From assembly GCA_902628335.1 (NCBI GenBank), contig CACOMO010000003.1, positions 20,792-84,791 on the forward strand: 64,000 bases of DNA, read 5' to 3'. A model generated the notes under the pieces. It ran no database searches, was not told the DNA's origin, and saw nothing but the letters and a program-made list of their open reading frames with translations. This stretch comes from an uncultured Gammaproteobacteria bacterium (GTDB lineage: Bacteria; Pseudomonadota; Gammaproteobacteria; GCA-002705445; GCA-002716945). Made by a program: the position numbers and the translations under genes. Positions 1 through 11,583 of the stretch are shown here, in pieces. Positions within the stretch are counted from its first letter, which is position 1. Each line of letters begins with the position of its first letter.

Positions 1-438
1 CTAAGTATGAATCAAGTAGATGTAGAGAGAGGCTTAGTTAGAGTGATCGGCAAGGGCAATAAGGAGAGAATTATCCCATTGGGAGAGAAAGCAATGAACT
101 GGTATTTAAACTATATTACCCATCATAGAGAAGTCCCAGTTGCGTCAAAAAATAATAATAGGATATTTCTTACTAATAAAGGCAAAAATTTCTCTAGGAA
201 AGCTTGTTGGTCTATGATTTGTAAATATTCTAAAATTGCAATTCCAAATAAAAATATTTCCCCACATGCATTAAGACATGCTTTTGCAACTCACTTACTG
301 AATAATGGCGCCGATCTAAGAGCTGTTCAGTTGCTATTAGGTCACTCAAGCTTATCTACTACTCAGATTTATACACATGTAGCGAAAGAGAGACTTCAAG
401 CTTTTCATTCACAACATCATCCAAGGGGAAAAATGTGA
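1..438 (+). CDS. xerD: Tyrosine recombinase XerD, C-terminal part (5' end outside window)
   Basis: Frame is open from base 1. Catalytic-domain signature [12 protein letters not shown]...[16 protein letters not shown] with a C-terminal HHPRG tail. Followed by dsbC, as in enterobacterial xerD-dsbC. Confidence 0.9.
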   Translation, partial: LSMNQVDVERGLVRVIGKGNKERIIPLGEKAMNWYLNYITHHREVPVASKNNNRIFLTNKGKNFSRKACWSMICKYSKIAIPNKNISPHALRHAFATHLLNNGADLRAVQLLLGHSSLSTTQIYTHVAKERLQAFHSQHHPRGKM

Positions 439-1142
439 AATATTTCTTAATAATATTGTTTTTGTCATTAATTTCTTGCACACAGCATGATACAACTAGC
501 TATACAGCAAAAGATGCAGAAGAGAGGTTTACAAAATCATATCCTGACCTAAAAATAGATGCCATTGAAAAAATAAATAATTCATTCTTTGAGATATTAA
601 TTGGTGAGCAAATTTTTTATTTAACAGCAGATCTCAATTATTTGTTAGCAGGCAATATTATTGACATCAATTCAGGAATTAATTTAACTCAGCAAAAAAT
701 AGAAAATTTTAGATTATCAGTCCTGAACACTCTAGACGAAAACGACATTATCGTCTACAAACCGAAAAAAATAGATCATGTCATAACTATTTTTACAGAT
801 GTATCTTGCCCGTATTGTAAAAAACTTCATAACGAGATACCGGATCTGTTAGAAAATAATATAGAAGTAAGATATGTGCTCTTCCCTAGAAATGGGATTG
901 ATGATGATGCATATATAAACATGGCTTCGCTTTGGTGCTCGGAAAATAAAAAAGATTTACTCGAAATGGCTTTTGACGGTGATTTTATTGAGGAGGCTAA
1001 ATGTGAGAATCCTCTTGAGAAGCATTTAGATTTGGCATATAGTCTCAGAGTAAACGGGACTCCAATGATATTCACTGAGGATGGTAAAGTTATACCTGGA
1101 TATGTTCCTTATAAACAGATTTTGAATACACTTAATAATTAA
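435..1142 (+). CDS. dsbC: Thiol:disulfide interchange protein, DsbC/DsbG family (lipobox-type signal peptide)
   Basis: Thioredoxin-fold active site [12 protein letters not shown]-terminal signal ending LSLISC. GTG start overlaps the xerD stop. Position after xerD. Confidence 0.85.
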   Translation: MKYFLIILFLSLISCTQHDTTSYTAKDAEERFTKSYPDLKIDAIEKINNSFFEILIGEQIFYLTADLNYLLAGNIIDINSGINLTQQKIENFRLSVLNTLDENDIIVYKPKKIDHVITIFTDVSCPYCKKLHNEIPDLLENNIEVRYVLFPRNGIDDDAYINMASLWCSENKKDLLEMAFDGDFIEEAKCENPLEKHLDLAYSLRVNGTPMIFTEDGKVIPGYVPYKQILNTLNN

Positions 1143-2560
1143 CGCACTAAATATTCTTTATATTTTTCTTCTTCTTCATTTATGAAAGATTCGATTTCTC
1201 TTATTGATGATGCATCATCCTTATAAGTATCATCATCTTGTAAGCTCTCGATAGCTCTTTTTGCCTTATCAATTGTACACCATTTAACATCATTATTAGA
1301 ATCTAAAGCTCTTTGTGCGAAAAATTGTTTTCTTTCGTTGAGTTTATCCTCAGTGAAAACCTCAGGACATTCGTTAAAGAGTATTCTATATGCAATCTCT
1401 CTATATCTGGGATCTTCAAAATCCTTAGAAATACTATACTTTTTTTTAAAGTCAGCTGTTTTCCTAAAATCATTCATCTTCTCTTTATCGGCTTGTCCGC
1501 TGAATCCAGAGTAAATTTGAGTTTCAAGAAAATCAGGCATAGGATAATTTACTGCCTTATCTTGCGATCTATCAACTAATGCTTGCTCTAGTTTTTCGAT
1601 AAATGCTTGATTGGATTTTATTATTTTTACTTTATCATAATAATTACTCTCTATTTTTTTAGACAAAACATCAGAATTCTTGATGAAATCCTCACCAAGT
1701 ATTATTGGTGCTTTGTTTATTTCTAATATCTTTATAATTTTTTCTTTACTCTCTATGAGAGAAATAATTCCTGTCAATCTTGAGTCTTTATATTTTTCAA
1801 GATCATAATTAAGATCAAAAAAACTTAGCTCTTTTGTTCTCTCTGGGTTAGCAGTCATGAATGACATTGGAGAGAAATCGTGGGAGGGATGTGAGGGAGC
1901 CTTGAAAACAATATCATGCGAATTCAAATATGATAAGAAATTATTTGGACTACTTATAGAAATGCAGTGATTCCAGAAATCACTAGCTTTTTCTTTAATG
2001 ATCTTTGCTAGTCCAATAGTTGCATAGACATCACTCATCGCATCATGTGCCTGTTCCTGCTCAACATTATTTGCAATAGCTAGATACTCAAGCTTGTAAC
2101 TGTCTTTTTCTGTTTTAGGGTTGTGGCCAAGTTTAACAACATTCGGTCTTAACTTAGTAATGGCACACATTATATGGTATAAATCAGCTCTACGGTTATC
2201 ATTTGTATTGGTCAAGTAAGGATCGTATAAAGATTGATATAGACTTTGTCTAAGAACTACTTCGTCAAAAAAAAGACTATTATAGCCAATGAAGGCTGCT
2301 GGTGACCAATCAGTAAATTTACCATGAACTTTGTTGATCATCTCAAAAAAGGATTGACCATTTTTGAGTGTGTTAATTTTAATTTTATTGATAAGAAGAG
2401 CTTGGGGATGGGGGACAATACCATCTTTGAGTTTGCATGTTTCATTCAAAGTCTCAACAATTTCAAAGTCTTCATTGACTAATGCTGCAGCTATCTGGAT
2501 AGGCTGATCAAAATATCTGTTCGTCCCTGATGTCTCGAAATCATAAAAGACATAATTCAT
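1139..2560 (-). CDS. sbcB: Exodeoxyribonuclease I
   Basis: N-terminal DEDDh exonuclease motif FYDFETSG, later HDAMSDV. The 473-aa length and overall architecture match ExoI. Confidence 0.85.
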   Translation of the reverse strand: MNYVFYDFETSGTNRYFDQPIQIAAALVNEDFEIVETLNETCKLKDGIVPHPQALLINKIKINTLKNGQSFFEMINKVHGKFTDWSPAAFIGYNSLFFDEVVLRQSLYQSLYDPYLTNTNDNRRADLYHIMCAITKLRPNVVKLGHNPKTEKDSYKLEYLAIANNVEQEQAHDAMSDVYATIGLAKIIKEKASDFWNHCISISSPNNFLSYLNSHDIVFKAPSHPSHDFSPMSFMTANPERTKELSFFDLNYDLEKYKDSRLTGIISLIESKEKIIKILEINKAPIILGEDFIKNSDVLSKKIESNYYDKVKIIKSNQAFIEKLEQALVDRSQDKAVNYPMPDFLETQIYSGFSGQADKEKMNDFRKTADFKKKYSISKDFEDPRYREIAYRILFNECPEVFTEDKLNERKQFFAQRALDSNNDVKWCTIDKAKRAIESLQDDDTYKDDASSIREIESFINEEEEKYKEYLVR

Positions 2561-2609
2561 TTATACTCTCTCCTTTTTGTTGTAGTATAATTAAGTATAC
2601 AGCAACACA

Positions 2610-4505
2610 GTGAAAAAAAAATATACATCATCTGATATTGAAGTTCTTAAGGGAATTGAGCCAGTTCAAAAACGACCTGGTATGTATACTGATACAACAA
2701 ACCCTAACCATCTAGTTCAAGAACTAATAGACAATAGTGTTGACGAGGCAATCTCAGGATTTTGTGATCATATCATTATTACACTTCACAGTGATAACAG
2801 TATATCTGTTGAGGATAATGGTAGAGGTCTACCAGTCGATAAACATCCAGATCATAAAGTGTCAGGGGTTGAGGTAATTATGACAAACCTACATTCAGGA
2901 GCCAAATTCTCAGATAAGAATTACAAGTTTTCTGGTGGTCTTCATGGCGTAGGTGTATCTATTGTGAATGCTCTCTCAGAGTCACTAAGTGTTGTTGTTG
3001 TTAGAGGTGGCGATAAGCATCAATATGAAATGACATTTTCTAATGGTTCTATAAAAAACCAACTTTCTAAAATGAAGAAAAATATAAAAAAGAAATCAGG
3101 CACCATAATTAAGTTTAAAGTAAATGAAAAATATTTTGATACTCACAAACTTGATATTAAAGATCTTCATAATCTTGTAAAAGCAAAATCAATACTGCAG
3201 CCAGGACTTAAGTTACAAGTTATCGATGAGTTATATGAAAAAGGCATAACGGACTATTTGCACAATGGCGATCTAGGAGATTATCTGATTAAATCGACAG
3301 AGGGATTGTCTTTTATACCAGCAAGGCCTTGCTCTGGAAATTTTGAATCTTCTGAATTGACTATTGATTGGTCATGTGTGTGGCTAACAGAGTCAACTGA
3401 TACTATCCAAGCTAGTTATGTCAATTTGATACCTACATCAAATGGAGGAACACATGTAAATGCTCTTAAAACAGCAGTTGTAGAATCGTTAAGAGATTTT
3501 TGTACTAGAAAAAAATTATTACCTAAAAATATTAAATTAACTCCAGATGATGTTTGGAAGAATACCTCTTTTATTATTTCTCTAAAGATGATGAATCCGC
3601 AATTTGCCGGACAAACTAAAACAAAACTCCAATCTGCTAACATTTCATCACTATTAACACCAAAGCTTAAAGATAGTTTTGAAATATGGTTTAATCAAAA
3701 TTCAGAAACAGCTAAAATGATAGCCAATCTTGTCATTAGTAATGCAGAAGAGCGAACTAATGCAAATATACCAAATGTTAGGAAAAATAATAAAAATACA
3801 CTACTACCTAGCAGATTGTCTGACTGTCTTATCAAGGATATAAGAGCAAACGAACTTTTTCTAGTTGAAGGTGACTCAGCTGGAGGTTCAGCAAAACAAG
3901 CAAGAGACAAAAATTTTCAAGCAATCCTGCCTTTAAGGGGTAAAATCTTAAACACATGGGAACTCAACTCTTCAAAAATCTTAGATTCTAGAGAGGTTAA
4001 GGATATTAGCACTTCGATAGGTGTTGAGCCAGGTAATTCGGATTTAAGTAGACTAAGATATGGAAAGATATGCATACTTGCAGATGCAGATTCAGATGGA
4101 CTCCACATAGCAACATTATTATTAGCATTATTTTTAAAACACTATGAGCCATTAGTTAAATCAGGACATATCTATATCGCTAAACCTCCACTTTATAGAG
4201 TTGATTTCAAAAAGGATACTTTTTATGTCATTGATGACAGAGACCTGAACACTACGTTAAAGAAAATGAAGATAGATTCTGAAAATAAAGATTTATCAAT
4301 AACAAGATTTAAAGGACTTGGAGAGATGAATCCTTCGCAACTTCGAGAGACTACCTTATCAAAAAAATCGCGAAAACTGTTAGCGCTTACTCTTTCAAAT
4401 AGATCCAAAGATTATGAGATGATGGATATGTTATTAAATAAGAAAAAATCGTCTGAGCGTAAAACATGGCTTGAAAAGAAAGGAAATTTAGCTCACTTTG
4501 AATAA
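2610..4505 (+). CDS. parE: DNA topoisomerase IV subunit B
   Basis: GHKL ATPase and Toprim motifs ([40 protein letters not shown]). 631 aa without the GyrB insert. Immediately upstream of parC. GTG start. Confidence 0.93.
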   Translation: MKKKYTSSDIEVLKGIEPVQKRPGMYTDTTNPNHLVQELIDNSVDEAISGFCDHIIITLHSDNSISVEDNGRGLPVDKHPDHKVSGVEVIMTNLHSGAKFSDKNYKFSGGLHGVGVSIVNALSESLSVVVVRGGDKHQYEMTFSNGSIKNQLSKMKKNIKKKSGTIIKFKVNEKYFDTHKLDIKDLHNLVKAKSILQPGLKLQVIDELYEKGITDYLHNGDLGDYLIKSTEGLSFIPARPCSGNFESSELTIDWSCVWLTESTDTIQASYVNLIPTSNGGTHVNALKTAVVESLRDFCTRKKLLPKNIKLTPDDVWKNTSFIISLKMMNPQFAGQTKTKLQSANISSLLTPKLKDSFEIWFNQNSETAKMIANLVISNAEERTNANIPNVRKNNKNTLLPSRLSDCLIKDIRANELFLVEGDSAGGSAKQARDKNFQAILPLRGKILNTWELNSSKILDSREVKDISTSIGVEPGNSDLSRLRYGKICILADADSDGLHIATLLLALFLKHYEPLVKSGHIYIAKPPLYRVDFKKDTFYVIDDRDLNTTLKKMKIDSENKDLSITRFKGLGEMNPSQLRETTLSKKSRKLLALTLSNRSKDYEMMDMLLNKKKSSERKTWLEKKGNLAHFE

Positions 4506-6765
4506 AAAAAAGATAAAATTAGAAGATATAATCAAAGAGAAAGATAGCTTTATTGAGAGATCTTCACTTAGTCAATTTTCAGAACAAGCATATTTAAATT
4601 ACTCAATGTATGTAATACTCGACCGTGCCTTGCCGAGTATCACAGACGGGCTTAAGCCAGTTCAAAGGAGGATAATATATGCGATGAATGAACTGGGGCT
4701 CAACAATAAAGCAAAATTTAAAAAATCAGCTAGAACTATAGGTGATGTTTTGGGTAAGTATCATCCACATGGTGATTCTGCATGTTATGAGGCGATGGTA
4801 ATGCTCGCACAAGACTTCTCATATAATTATCCATTTGTCGAAGGTCAGGGTAATTGGGGCACGCAAGATGACCCAAAATCTTTCGCAGCAATGAGATATA
4901 CAGAATCAAGGTTGACAAAATATTCAGATCTTTTTCTGAATGGCATAGAAAAAAATACTGTTGAATGGTCTAAGAATTTTGATGGGACATTATTAGAACC
5001 CAAACAGTTGCCTGCTAGTGTCCCGAATATAGTTATAAATGGGAGCTCTGGTATTGCTGTAGGGATGTCAACGGATATTCCATCACATAATCTCGCTGAA
5101 ATTATAGATTCAACAATATTACTCATTGAAAAGCCAAAATCAACTATGAGTGAAATTTTAACTATCATCAAAGGACCTGATTTCTCGACAGGAGGTGAAA
5201 TAATTTCATCAGAGTCAGATATAGTCGGCATATACGAGAACGGACACGGAAACGTGAAATTAAGGGCAACATATTCTATAAACGGTAAGAATATAATTAT
5301 TGAATCTTTGCCTTATCAATCTCATACAACTAAAATTATTGAACAAATTCAGGATCAAATTAGTAATAAAAAATTAACATTTATTGAGAATATCTTTGAT
5401 GACTCGGATCAAGATAATCCAGTTAGAATTATAATAAAAATCAGAGGGAGAGCACATAACTTTGATGAGATTATGGCACACTTATTTTACTCTACAGATT
5501 TAGAAAAAAATATTAGAGTCAATATGAATATTATAGGTTTAGACAATAAACCAAGTGTCAAAAATATACATCAAATTTTATCCGAATGGATAAACTTTAG
5601 ATTAAATTCATTAAAACGAATGCTTCAATGGGAACTCGATAAGATACAAGAGAGAATAAATATTTTACAGGCTTATGTTGTGGTATTTAAGTTCCTAGAT
5701 AAAGTTATACATTTAATTAGAACTACTGATGACCCGAAGAGGAAAATCATGTCATTATGTAAAATTTCTGAAAAACAATACGAAGCTATTATAAATATGA
5801 GAATAAGAAGCCTAGCAAAACTTCAAGAAAAAAATATTAAACAGGAACTTAAAGATCATCAAGATAAAGAAAAAGATTTGCTTCAGGTTCTAAAATCACC
5901 AGCGAGACTAAAGACTTACCTCAAAAAAAATTTAAAAAATATCAAGAAGGATTTTGGTAAACCAAGATTAACTAAAATCAATGATAAAAATATGCTTTCT
6001 TCAAATGAGATTAAGGTAAGCATTGCTGTTAGTGATATAACACCTGTTCTATCATCTAACGGTTGGATTAAATTTTACAGAGGACATGATGTCAATTTAG
6101 ATAATATAAAATTTAAAACTGGTGACTCTTATTATGATCATATCAAAATAAAATCGAATGACACACTAGTTTTTTTTGACCATAATGGTTTTGTTTATAA
6201 TATGTCATCCGAAAATCATCAAGTCAGTAGAGGTGATGGTGAGCCACTGAGTAAATTTTTCAATCTTCAAGATGGAACAAAGATGATTGGAATGTTTAAT
6301 CATTCCAGGAAAGAGAGCATTTTTCTTTGTTCTGATAAAGGTTATGGGTTTATTACTACCCATGATGAGTTGAATGTAAGAAGCAAAAAGGGGAAAAAGA
6401 TTATGAATGTAGGTAAATCTCAGACCATTTGCCCAGTAGCGACAGATATTGAGAGTGACTTATATTATCTCATCATCACAAGCTCTGGTTATATGCTAAT
6501 AGAGAGGATTGATCAAATACCAATAATGTCAAAAGGAAAAGGAATAAAATTAATTAACATTCCAAAAGCATCAGATGAAACCATAATATATTTAGGTGTT
6601 TTAAATCCTGGTCAAGAGTTAGAATTTAATTATACAAATAAGCGGCCACGCCAGATGACCTTTGATAACCTCAAGAAATTTATAATGGCTAGGACCAGGA
6701 GAGGGAAGAAAATAGATAAAAAGTTTTTGCTTGAAAAAGTCAAAACAACCTATAATATTAAGTAG
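4498..6765 (+). CDS. parC: DNA topoisomerase IV subunit A
   Basis: [32 protein letters not shown] and [10 protein letters not shown] (active-site Tyr region). 755 aa. A separate gyrA is present at 33776. TTG start overlaps the parE end. Confidence 0.93.
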   Translation: MNKKKIKLEDIIKEKDSFIERSSLSQFSEQAYLNYSMYVILDRALPSITDGLKPVQRRIIYAMNELGLNNKAKFKKSARTIGDVLGKYHPHGDSACYEAMVMLAQDFSYNYPFVEGQGNWGTQDDPKSFAAMRYTESRLTKYSDLFLNGIEKNTVEWSKNFDGTLLEPKQLPASVPNIVINGSSGIAVGMSTDIPSHNLAEIIDSTILLIEKPKSTMSEILTIIKGPDFSTGGEIISSESDIVGIYENGHGNVKLRATYSINGKNIIIESLPYQSHTTKIIEQIQDQISNKKLTFIENIFDDSDQDNPVRIIIKIRGRAHNFDEIMAHLFYSTDLEKNIRVNMNIIGLDNKPSVKNIHQILSEWINFRLNSLKRMLQWELDKIQERINILQAYVVVFKFLDKVIHLIRTTDDPKRKIMSLCKISEKQYEAIINMRIRSLAKLQEKNIKQELKDHQDKEKDLLQVLKSPARLKTYLKKNLKNIKKDFGKPRLTKINDKNMLSSNEIKVSIAVSDITPVLSSNGWIKFYRGHDVNLDNIKFKTGDSYYDHIKIKSNDTLVFFDHNGFVYNMSSENHQVSRGDGEPLSKFFNLQDGTKMIGMFNHSRKESIFLCSDKGYGFITTHDELNVRSKKGKKIMNVGKSQTICPVATDIESDLYYLIITSSGYMLIERIDQIPIMSKGKGIKLINIPKASDETIIYLGVLNPGQELEFNYTNKRPRQMTFDNLKKFIMARTRRGKKIDKKFLLEKVKTTYNIK

Positions 6766-6773
6766 GAGATATT

Positions 6774-7688
6774 ATGAAACGAATTTTTTTCTTTATTGTT
6801 ACAAACATAGCTATATTACTGGTTTTAAGTGTATTTTTACATCTAATAGGATTCACTGGAATTCTGCAGCGAAATGGTGTTGATCTAGATTATGATTCAT
6901 TGATGCTATTTTCTCTCGTATTTGGTATGGGCGGATCATTTGTTTCGCTTTATATGTCTAAATGGATGGCAAAATCCATGGCGGGTGTACAAGTAATAAA
7001 AAATCCATCCAATGAATTCGAGAAATGGTATGTTGAGGTTGTAAACAGACAAGCAAAGCAGCTTGGTCTTAAAAATCCTGAGATAGGAATTTTTAATTCA
7101 CCTCAACCCAATGCATTTGCGACTGGATCGTCAAAAAATAATTCACTTGTTGCTTTAAGCACTGGTCTAATATCAAGCATGAAAAGGGATGAGGTGGAGG
7201 CTGTAATTGGTCACGAGATGAGTCATGTCGCGAATGGTGATATGGTAACATTGTCACTTATACAAGGTATAATCAATGCATTCGTGATTTTTTTCTCTAG
7301 AGTAATTGGACATTTTGTAGACAGAGTCATCCTCAAAAATGAACGCGGCTATGGCATAGGATATTTCTTTACTGTTATTTTTGCCCAAGTTATTCTGGGA
7401 ATTCTCGCATCTACAATAGTTTGCTGGTTTTCTAGAAGACGCGAATTCAGGGCAGACTATGGTGGAGCACAATTAACATCCAAGGAAAGTATGATTAATT
7501 CATTAAAAGTTTTACAGAAAATGTCGGCAGCAAAACTTCCGGATCAGATGCTTGCTTTTGGTATATCAAACCATGGAAATGAGAGTAGATTCAGAAAGTT
7601 ATTCTCAACACATCCCCCGATCTCGGATAGAATTGCAGCCCTTGAGCAAGCAAATATCTCAGGGTATACAAAAGCACAGACAAATTAA
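6774..7688 (+). CDS. htpX: Membrane zinc metalloprotease HtpX
   Basis: HEMSH zinc motif (IGHEMSHVANGD), four hydrophobic segments, C-terminal STHPPISDRI. Confidence 0.93.
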   Translation: MKRIFFFIVTNIAILLVLSVFLHLIGFTGILQRNGVDLDYDSLMLFSLVFGMGGSFVSLYMSKWMAKSMAGVQVIKNPSNEFEKWYVEVVNRQAKQLGLKNPEIGIFNSPQPNAFATGSSKNNSLVALSTGLISSMKRDEVEAVIGHEMSHVANGDMVTLSLIQGIINAFVIFFSRVIGHFVDRVILKNERGYGIGYFFTVIFAQVILGILASTIVCWFSRRREFRADYGGAQLTSKESMINSLKVLQKMSAAKLPDQMLAFGISNHGNESRFRKLFSTHPPISDRIAALEQANISGYTKAQTN

Positions 7689-8257
7689 TGTCTGATAACT
7701 CGCACATTCTAAAAAATGGGAATAAAATTCTTATTGATAGTCAACCATTCCTCATTATAGATAACGAGTTTGTTAATCCAGGAAAAGGCCAAGCTTTTAC
7801 CAGAGTTAAAATAAGAAATTTACTGAATAACAAAGTCTTGGAGAAAACAATCAAGATTGGCGAAACTGTTGAAGAGGCTGATGTCTTCTCAACAAAGATG
7901 CAATTTTTGTACAAAGAATTAAATAAATATGTCTTTATGAATTTGGAATCTTTTGAACAAATACAAGTAGATTCATCCATAGTCTCTGAAAATGCGAGAT
8001 GGTTTATCGATGGCAATGATTGCGATGTAATTATGTGGAACAATCAAATAATTCAAGTTAATCCAGCTAAACATGTAAGTCTTAAAGTTATTTCTACTAT
8101 TGATGCAGTGAAGGGTGATACAGTGTCCTCAACATTAAAAGAAGCAGAACTTGAAAATGGTGAAAGTATAATGGTACCGATTTTCATTAAAGTGGGAGAG
8201 ACTATAAGGATAGATACAGATAATAGCGAATACGCCTCAAGAGAAAAAAATGAATAG
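7688..8257 (+). CDS. efp: Translation elongation factor P
   Basis: 189 aa. Conserved loop VNPGKGQAFTRVKIRN carrying the modified Lys. Three-domain length. Confidence 0.95.
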   Translation: MSDNSHILKNGNKILIDSQPFLIIDNEFVNPGKGQAFTRVKIRNLLNNKVLEKTIKIGETVEEADVFSTKMQFLYKELNKYVFMNLESFEQIQVDSSIVSENARWFIDGNDCDVIMWNNQIIQVNPAKHVSLKVISTIDAVKGDTVSSTLKEAELENGESIMVPIFIKVGETIRIDTDNSEYASREKNE

Positions 8258-8633
8258 AGTACAAAAAAATCGTCAGAGAGCACAACAAGAGATTCAAGAC
8301 TTTAAGGTTAGAAAGAACGCTCGTATAATATCTGTTTTATTTTGGTTTGCCTCAAGTATGTATATTTATTCAAACGATGTAGGTTTTTCAGATGTATACT
8401 CATGGAAGCCTTTTGTATTTTTCATATTAGGACCAATATTTTCTGCAATTTTGTTTGGTAACATTATCTTTTACGCGCAAAAATTAATAGAAAAAACTAC
8501 TATTAAACTCCTTGAGGCATCAAGACCACAGATTATACCAGTAGTAGTTATTATAATATTCTTTTGTTTTTTAGTTGGTATATTTCTCTTAATATTCGAA
8601 TTTGCTAAAATTTTACAACACTTACTACATTAG
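8250..8633 (+). CDS. Hypothetical membrane protein (about 3 TM segments)
   Basis: 127-aa ORF with a basic N-terminus and three long hydrophobic stretches. No recognisable family. Confidence 0.45.
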   Translation: MNRVQKNRQRAQQEIQDFKVRKNARIISVLFWFASSMYIYSNDVGFSDVYSWKPFVFFILGPIFSAILFGNIIFYAQKLIEKTTIKLLEASRPQIIPVVVIIIFFCFLVGIFLLIFEFAKILQHLLH

Positions 8634-10087
8634 AAATTATTTTTATTACTAGCATGCTTGTTAATAATATCCCTAGATAACTCTTTAGCTATTTTGCTTT
8701 TCTTAATAGACCAAACTTTCTCTCGAGCAAATTTTGTTGACGATGCATTATCCACTAGGGGATCTGGATAAGTTATATTTTTTTTATAACCTATACATTT
8801 CATTTCTATAGGCGACATTGTCCACGGTTGGTGTATATATTTGCTAGGTATTTCATTAAGTTCAGGGACCCACTTTCTAATAAAGTCACCTTTAGGATCA
8901 TGATCAATTGACTGTTTTATGGGATTATAAATACGTATTGTATTGATGCCAGTTGTCCCAGATTGCATTTGAATTTGTGAGTAATGTATTCCTGGTTCGT
9001 AATCTGTGAATAATCTTGCTAGGTACTTACTTGTAGTTTTCCAGTCAAGCCATAATTGATAAGATGCAAAAGAGATCAGCATTGCTCTCATCCTAAAATT
9101 TATCCATCCCATATTTTTTAAATATCGCATCGATGCATCGACAAAAGGGAAACCTGTCATACCATTTTTCCAAGCTTGAAAGAACTTTTCATTAAAGTTA
9201 TTTTCGCGTAAACCATCAAATGCTCTATTCAGATTTGATATTTCTATGGCAGGCTCATCATAATATTTCTGAATAAAATGGCAATGCCATGCTAGTCTAC
9301 TCTTATATGAAATAAGTGATTTTTTATGGTAATCATCTACAGTTGCTATTTTCTTGATAGTCTCTTGATATATTCGTTTCAGAGATATTGTTCCAAAAGC
9401 GATATGTGGGCTCAAACGAGAACAAGAAGTTTCTGCAGTAATCGGTGATGACATTTGTGATCTATAAAAGATTCCTCGATTATTCAAAAAACTTAACATA
9501 TTATCATTTGCGATTTTAGAACCACCTTTTTGTATATTATTTATGTAATTTTCATTTATAGGGATTTTATTTAAATCAAACTTGAAATCAGTAATAAACT
9601 TACAACTAATATCATCTTTATTTATAATTTTTTTCGACATAAATTTTTTCCAATTCGATGACCATGATGATCTATCTCTCTTTTGTAGTTGAATACCGAA
9701 TTGATCGAATTTTATCCAATTTATCCTATTGTCAGTGAACAACTCTTCGCATTTATCATTTAAATTTCTGATGTATGATTCCTTGAAAATATTATGACTA
9801 TAAACATTCGAAACTTGGTACTTACTTACTAACTTCTTTAGGATTTCGATAGTATCACCATAGTATATATTCAAATAAGCATCATATTTATTTTTAAGAT
9901 TTAATTCCAATTCATTCAGACAGTTTCTGATAAACTGTAAATGAAAGGGACTAGTCGTTTCATTTTTATAATATCTGTAATCTAAGATATATAGCAAAAT
10001 AACGGAGTCAGATTTTAACGAATTATGGAGAGCTTCATTATCCTCTATCCTTAAGTCATTCCTAAACCACATTAAACTTGTCATCAA
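8630..10087 (-). CDS. Cryptochrome/photolyase family protein
   Basis: N-terminal photolyase fold start [19 protein letters not shown]-binding-domain strings [48 protein letters not shown]. Confidence 0.8.
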   Translation of the reverse strand: MMTSLMWFRNDLRIEDNEALHNSLKSDSVILLYILDYRYYKNETTSPFHLQFIRNCLNELELNLKNKYDAYLNIYYGDTIEILKKLVSKYQVSNVYSHNIFKESYIRNLNDKCEELFTDNRINWIKFDQFGIQLQKRDRSSWSSNWKKFMSKKIINKDDISCKFITDFKFDLNKIPINENYINNIQKGGSKIANDNMLSFLNNRGIFYRSQMSSPITAETSCSRLSPHIAFGTISLKRIYQETIKKIATVDDYHKKSLISYKSRLAWHCHFIQKYYDEPAIEISNLNRAFDGLRENNFNEKFFQAWKNGMTGFPFVDASMRYLKNMGWINFRMRAMLISFASYQLWLDWKTTSKYLARLFTDYEPGIHYSQIQMQSGTTGINTIRIYNPIKQSIDHDPKGDFIRKWVPELNEIPSKYIHQPWTMSPIEMKCIGYKKNITYPDPLVDNASSTKFAREKVWSIKKSKIAKELSRDIINKHASNKNNF

Positions 10088-10169
10088 CTAAGGTTACATC
10101 AGATAATAAAAATATCTAGCTTATTAAATGTGTGGTTTGAGAACTTCTTGTTTATGCTAAACTTATACT

Positions 10170-10337
10170 ATGACACTAGGATGTGCAAATTCGTTATTAA
10201 TATTGAATGCGATAATAATATCTTTTGGTGCTTATCAATTCTATTTCAAAAATCTAGATATATCATGGCTAGCACTAATCTTATTTCTTGCTATTGGTAC
10301 TAGTGGCGAGATAATACTTACGGGAAAATGCTCTTAA
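10170..10337 (+). CDS. Unannotated small ORF, 55 aa, two predicted TM helices
   Basis: Own translation: MTLGCANSLLILNAIIISFGAYQFYFKNLDISWLALILFLAIGTSGEIILTGKCS*. Below the 60-aa cutoff of the ORF track. Lies in otherwise unassigned DNA. Confidence 0.35.
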   Translation: MTLGCANSLLILNAIIISFGAYQFYFKNLDISWLALILFLAIGTSGEIILTGKCS

Positions 10338-10387
10338 AAAAATATTTCAAAATTTGTAACTCAGATATCATTTGCTCATTGTAATTA

Positions 10388-10555
10388 ATGACAATAAGAA
10401 AATGCTATCACTGCGGTAATATTGAATCTAAATTATTTAGATGTAAATTCAATAATTTAGGTTGGATTTTTTTGTGTCAATCTTGTTTGTCCTCTGTAAA
10501 GAAAAATTTTGGAAAAACTTATAAATATGGCGGAACGTGGAAAATAAAAAAATAA
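10388..10555 (+). CDS. Unannotated small ORF, 55 aa, Cys-rich zinc-ribbon-like protein
   Basis: Own translation: MTIRKCYHCGNIESKLFRCKFNNLGWIFLCQSCLSSVKKNFGKTYKYGGTWKIKK*. It has CxxC...C...CxxC spacing and is below the ORF-track cutoff. Confidence 0.4.
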   Translation: MTIRKCYHCGNIESKLFRCKFNNLGWIFLCQSCLSSVKKNFGKTYKYGGTWKIKK

Positions 10556-10648
10556 TAGGACTTGACCAATCTGTTGACCCATCTAGGGTAGAACATTGGT
10601 TTATATGTGCGAACAAATGATTATATTATTTAAAAATCTTAAAAGAAC

Positions 10649-10843
10649 TTAGATAACTTTAACTTTAATTGCTTTTGGGCCTCTTGGGCCATCTTCTGTT
10701 TCAAATTCAACTTTGTCATTCTCATTAATTGTACCGTCGACTAGATCAGTCTGATGTACAAAAATGTCTTTATCGCCTTCATCTGGTTTTATAAAACCAA
10801 ATGCTTTTGTTGAATCGAACCATTTTACAGTGCCTGTTTTCAA
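10649..10843 (-). CDS. Cold-shock protein, CspA family
   Basis: RNP1/RNP2 motifs in KTGTVKWFDSTKAFGFIKPDEG.DIFVH. The most plausible start is TTG at 10843, preceded by AAGGAG (AAGGAGAAATAATTTG). The track's 78-aa version has a non-homologous N-terminal extension. Confidence 0.9.
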   Translation of the reverse strand: MKTGTVKWFDSTKAFGFIKPDEGDKDIFVHQTDLVDGTINENDKVEFETEDGPRGPKAIKVKVI

Positions 10844-11240
10844 ATTATTTCTCCTTATGTAATGTGATAAGTATACACATGTCACAGATAAATACCAATG
10901 CTATTAATAAAATTGGAATTATCAATATATCGCTTTTTTTCCGAATTCTACTACCTATTAGACTTTAAAAAGAGGTATATATTATGTTTTACTATTTAAA
11001 GACGATTGTAAGTATAATTCCCACAAACATTACAAGTGATAGAGAGAATAAAACTGGGAAATTTTTCATTGGACCAAGCCTCCAAAAGTCTGTTTCCTTA
11101 TATTTGGAAAACTTGCCATCAATATATGCGATTCTCCATGAATTCTTTTTATTTTTCATATTTACACTATAAATGATCTCTCAGAATAAATGAAGTATAT
11201 TCATCTTTATCATATTCCAATTTTGTATTAATATTATCGT

Positions 11241-11540
11241 ATGTTTTTTCGTAAAGAACACATTAAGAAAAATAAAAAAATTATAAAGTACTCGATACTT
11301 ACTATACTTCTGGCACTACAATCCACAGATATTATCCATGATCACCATGATCATGATCATGATGAGAGTCACTACTGTGTTGCCTGTCACGCACCAAACA
11401 TTGATCATGATACGATTCTACAGACTTACAATTATCTTGTAGATTTTGTAGTAATCACAACAATTGCCTTAATCTTAGTTATTATAAAAAAAGACAAGCT
11501 TTCACCTAATCAATTACCTAGATCACCACCCCTCACTTAA
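11241..11540 (+). CDS. Small membrane-anchored His/Asp-rich protein with a CXXCH motif
   Basis: N-terminal hydrophobic segment, HDHHDHDHDESHYCVACHAPNIDHD, and a C-terminal TM (VVITTIALILVII). Lies 43 nt upstream of a TonB-dependent receptor on the same strand. Confidence 0.55.
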   Translation: MFFRKEHIKKNKKIIKYSILTILLALQSTDIIHDHHDHDHDESHYCVACHAPNIDHDTILQTYNYLVDFVVITTIALILVIIKKDKLSPNQLPRSPPLT

Positions 11541-11583
11541 ATATCAAATAATATAATATAAAAAATAATTTAAGGAGAATAAA

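Noticed and set aside
1-438. xerD as the recombinase responsible for the island at 48.5-51 kb
   Set aside because: It is the housekeeping chromosome-dimer resolvase in its conserved xerD-dsbC context, 48 kb from the island. There is no dif-like site at the island junctions.
11173-11583. Zur, Fur or other metalloregulator box upstream of the His-rich ORF and the TonB-dependent receptor
   Set aside because: Only generic AT-rich partial palindromes (for example AATAATATAATATAAAA) are present. None matches the Fur 19-mer or the Zur dyad well enough to call by eye.
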